Positions 6,924-8,241 of a stretch of 8,241 nucleotides of DNA are shown piece by piece. The notes under the pieces were generated by a model. It was not told where the DNA came from, searched no databases, and saw only the letters and a list, made by a program, of their open reading frames with translations. This stretch comes from a virus (Duplodnaviria > Heunggongvirae > Uroviricota > Caudoviricetes): positions 1 to 8,241 of the IMG/VR virus record IMGVR_UViG_2579778635_000004; one strand, 5' to 3'. The first letter of the stretch is position 1; each line of letters opens with the position of its first letter. The position numbers were made by a program, and so were the translations under genes.

Positions 6924-8241
6924 TCAACGAATACTGATGCCGGAAGCAGCTTTTTTGGTCACAATCACCGTACAGTCGGTGATATTGCCTGCCCCCTGAT
7001 TGCCTTTCTGGAAAATCTTAAACTCCAGAGTGACGCTACCACCACCACTAGGCATATCAATAACTGCACTGTAACTACCGGGAATGGCCCCTTTAGTTTC
7101 TCTGGATGCGATTAATACGCCGTTTTTGCGAACTTCAAAACCATAACCCGTGTATCGCGTGCCTCCTGGGTTATTTCCGCTCCCCGGATCGTCATACGCT
7201 ATACCGTTAAAAATAATGGGCGGAATAATAATCTGGCGGTCAAAGTTATGATCATCGCTGATGGTGACTGTAACCGTACCGTTTGGTGTTTCCGTGTTAC
7301 CCCACGTACCGACTTTTTTCGGGAAGGCTTTTGATACAGCTTTAACGAAATCCCCTCTGACCTGGGTCGCCTCCAGCATGCCCTTAATCGTACAGTTCTG
7401 GTTAATCGTGACATTGTTGAGCGTTCCTGAGTTCGCATTCACACTGCCACTGATATCCGCATTTTTAGCGGTCAGCTTTCCGTCTGATGTCAGGGAAAAT
7501 ACCGGAGGACTGCCACCGCTGGTAATGGTGGGGGCCGTCAGGCGCTTCAGGAACACGTCGTTCATGAATATCTGGTTGCCCTGCGCCACAAACATCGGCG
7601 TTTCATTCCCGTTTGCCGGGTCAATAAACGCGATACGGTTAGCGGCAACCAGAAACTGGCTCAGCTTGCCTTCCTCCGTGTCCTCCATGCTGAGGCCAAT
7701 ACCCGCGACATAATGTTTGCCGTCTTTGGTCTGCTCAATTTTGACGCCCCACATGGCATTCCATTTATCGTTAGCGTCCTTCCACTCTTTCGAAAACTCA
7801 TCCAGTCTGCTGGCGTTATCCTCCGTCAGATCGACTTTTTCCAGCAGCTCCTTGCCGAGATGAGATTCGGTTATCTTGCCTTTGAAAAAATCCAGGTAAC
7901 CTTCCGCATCATCGCTCGCCCGACCGACGGCTTCCACGAATGCCGATTTGCCAACGGTGTTCACACTGCGGATATAAAAGTAATAATCATGGCCCGGTTT
8001 GATATTGATACTGGCGGCTATCCAGTACAGCGCCGTACCAAGATAGCGGGCTGTGGTTTCAACCTGCCTGATATCGGTAATCCGCTTTTCCGAGAACCAG
8101 AACTCAAACTGTACCGTCGGGTCATAAACGGCAAGATGCGGCGTGGCGGTTATCTGAAAATAGCCCGGCGTCAGCTCAATCCTCGACGGTGCTGCCGGTG
8201 CGGCAATCCGGAACGATACCGACGCCGGATCGCCCTGCTGC
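6924..8241 (-). CDS. J: Tail tip / host-specificity protein J (central tail fibre), C-terminal ~439 aa; 5' end lies beyond the right edge of the window
   Basis: The frame stays open on the - strand from the window edge to TGA at 6924-6926; the ORF track's 346-aa ORF is only the part after an internal GTG. Hand translation upstream of that GTG gives ...[45 protein letters not shown]..., matching the lambda J C-terminal region as I recall it. The last ~130 aa differ from lambda J. Confidence 0.93.
   Translation of the reverse strand, partial: QQGDPASVSFRIAAPAAPSRIELTPGYFQITATPHLAVYDPTVQFEFWFSEKRITDIRQVETTARYLGTALYWIAASINIKPGHDYYFYIRSVNTVGKSAFVEAVGRASDDAEGYLDFFKGKITESHLGKELLEKVDLTEDNASRLDEFSKEWKDANDKWNAMWGVKIEQTKDGKHYVAGIGLSMEDTEEGKLSQFLVAANRIAFIDPANGNETPMFVAQGNQIFMNDVFLKRLTAPTITSGGSPPVFSLTSDGKLTAKNADISGSVNANSGTLNNVTINQNCTIKGMLEATQVRGDFVKAVSKAFPKKVGTWGNTETPNGTVTVTISDDHNFDRQIIIPPIIFNGIAYDDPGSGNNPGGTRYTGYGFEVRKNGVLIASRETKGAIPGSYSAVIDMPSGGGSVTLEFKIFQKGNQGAGNITDCTVIVTKKAASGISIR

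Larger units (their letters stand above)
2579..8241. mobile_element. Lambdoid prophage segment: distal end of the tail module (J-lom-stf-tfa), all on the - strand
   Basis: Four consecutive genes in lambda order and orientation with lambda-like products, and the characteristic TAATG coupling of stf/tfa. Whether the cyclase and sit genes lie inside the prophage (b-region equivalent) or just outside its end cannot be decided from this window. Confidence 0.9.

Noticed and set aside
5720-7713. Short ORFs overlapping the stf 5' end, lom and J (5720..6022, 6395..6652, 6743..6937, 6816..7115, 7199..7438, 7261..7713)
   Set aside because: Shadow ORFs within or antisense to genes with strong homology-based support; no RBS or conserved motifs noted.

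Overview
The window spans a junction between accessory cargo on the + strand and the tail-tip/tail-fibre end of a lambda-like prophage on the - strand. Left to right: (1) the 3' part of an ABC-3 family divalent-metal permease gene, sitD-like (2-718, +, runs off the left edge); (2) a ~450 bp non-coding spacer with a candidate terminator and a candidate promoter; (3) a strongly AT-rich gene for a polytopic-membrane GGDEF diguanylate cyclase with intact GGEEF and RxxD motifs (1174-2505, +); (4) convergent on the - strand, tfa (2579-3163), stf (3163-6189, coupled to tfa by a TAATG stop/start overlap), lom (6254-6853, bracketed by hairpin plus T-run terminators) and the 3' ~1.3 kb of J (6924-8241, runs off the right edge). 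The most interesting element is the diguanylate cyclase: it sits in a compositionally foreign block wedged between the metal-uptake operon and the phage tail-fibre genes, so it looks like prophage-associated cargo that could link lysogeny to c-di-GMP signalling. I recall a prophage-linked cyclase of this kind being described in enteroaggregative E. coli, so it may not be new. Secondary points are the mosaic Stf and the divergent J C-terminus, both consistent with altered host range. All homology statements rest on reading the translations against remembered protein families; no database search was run.
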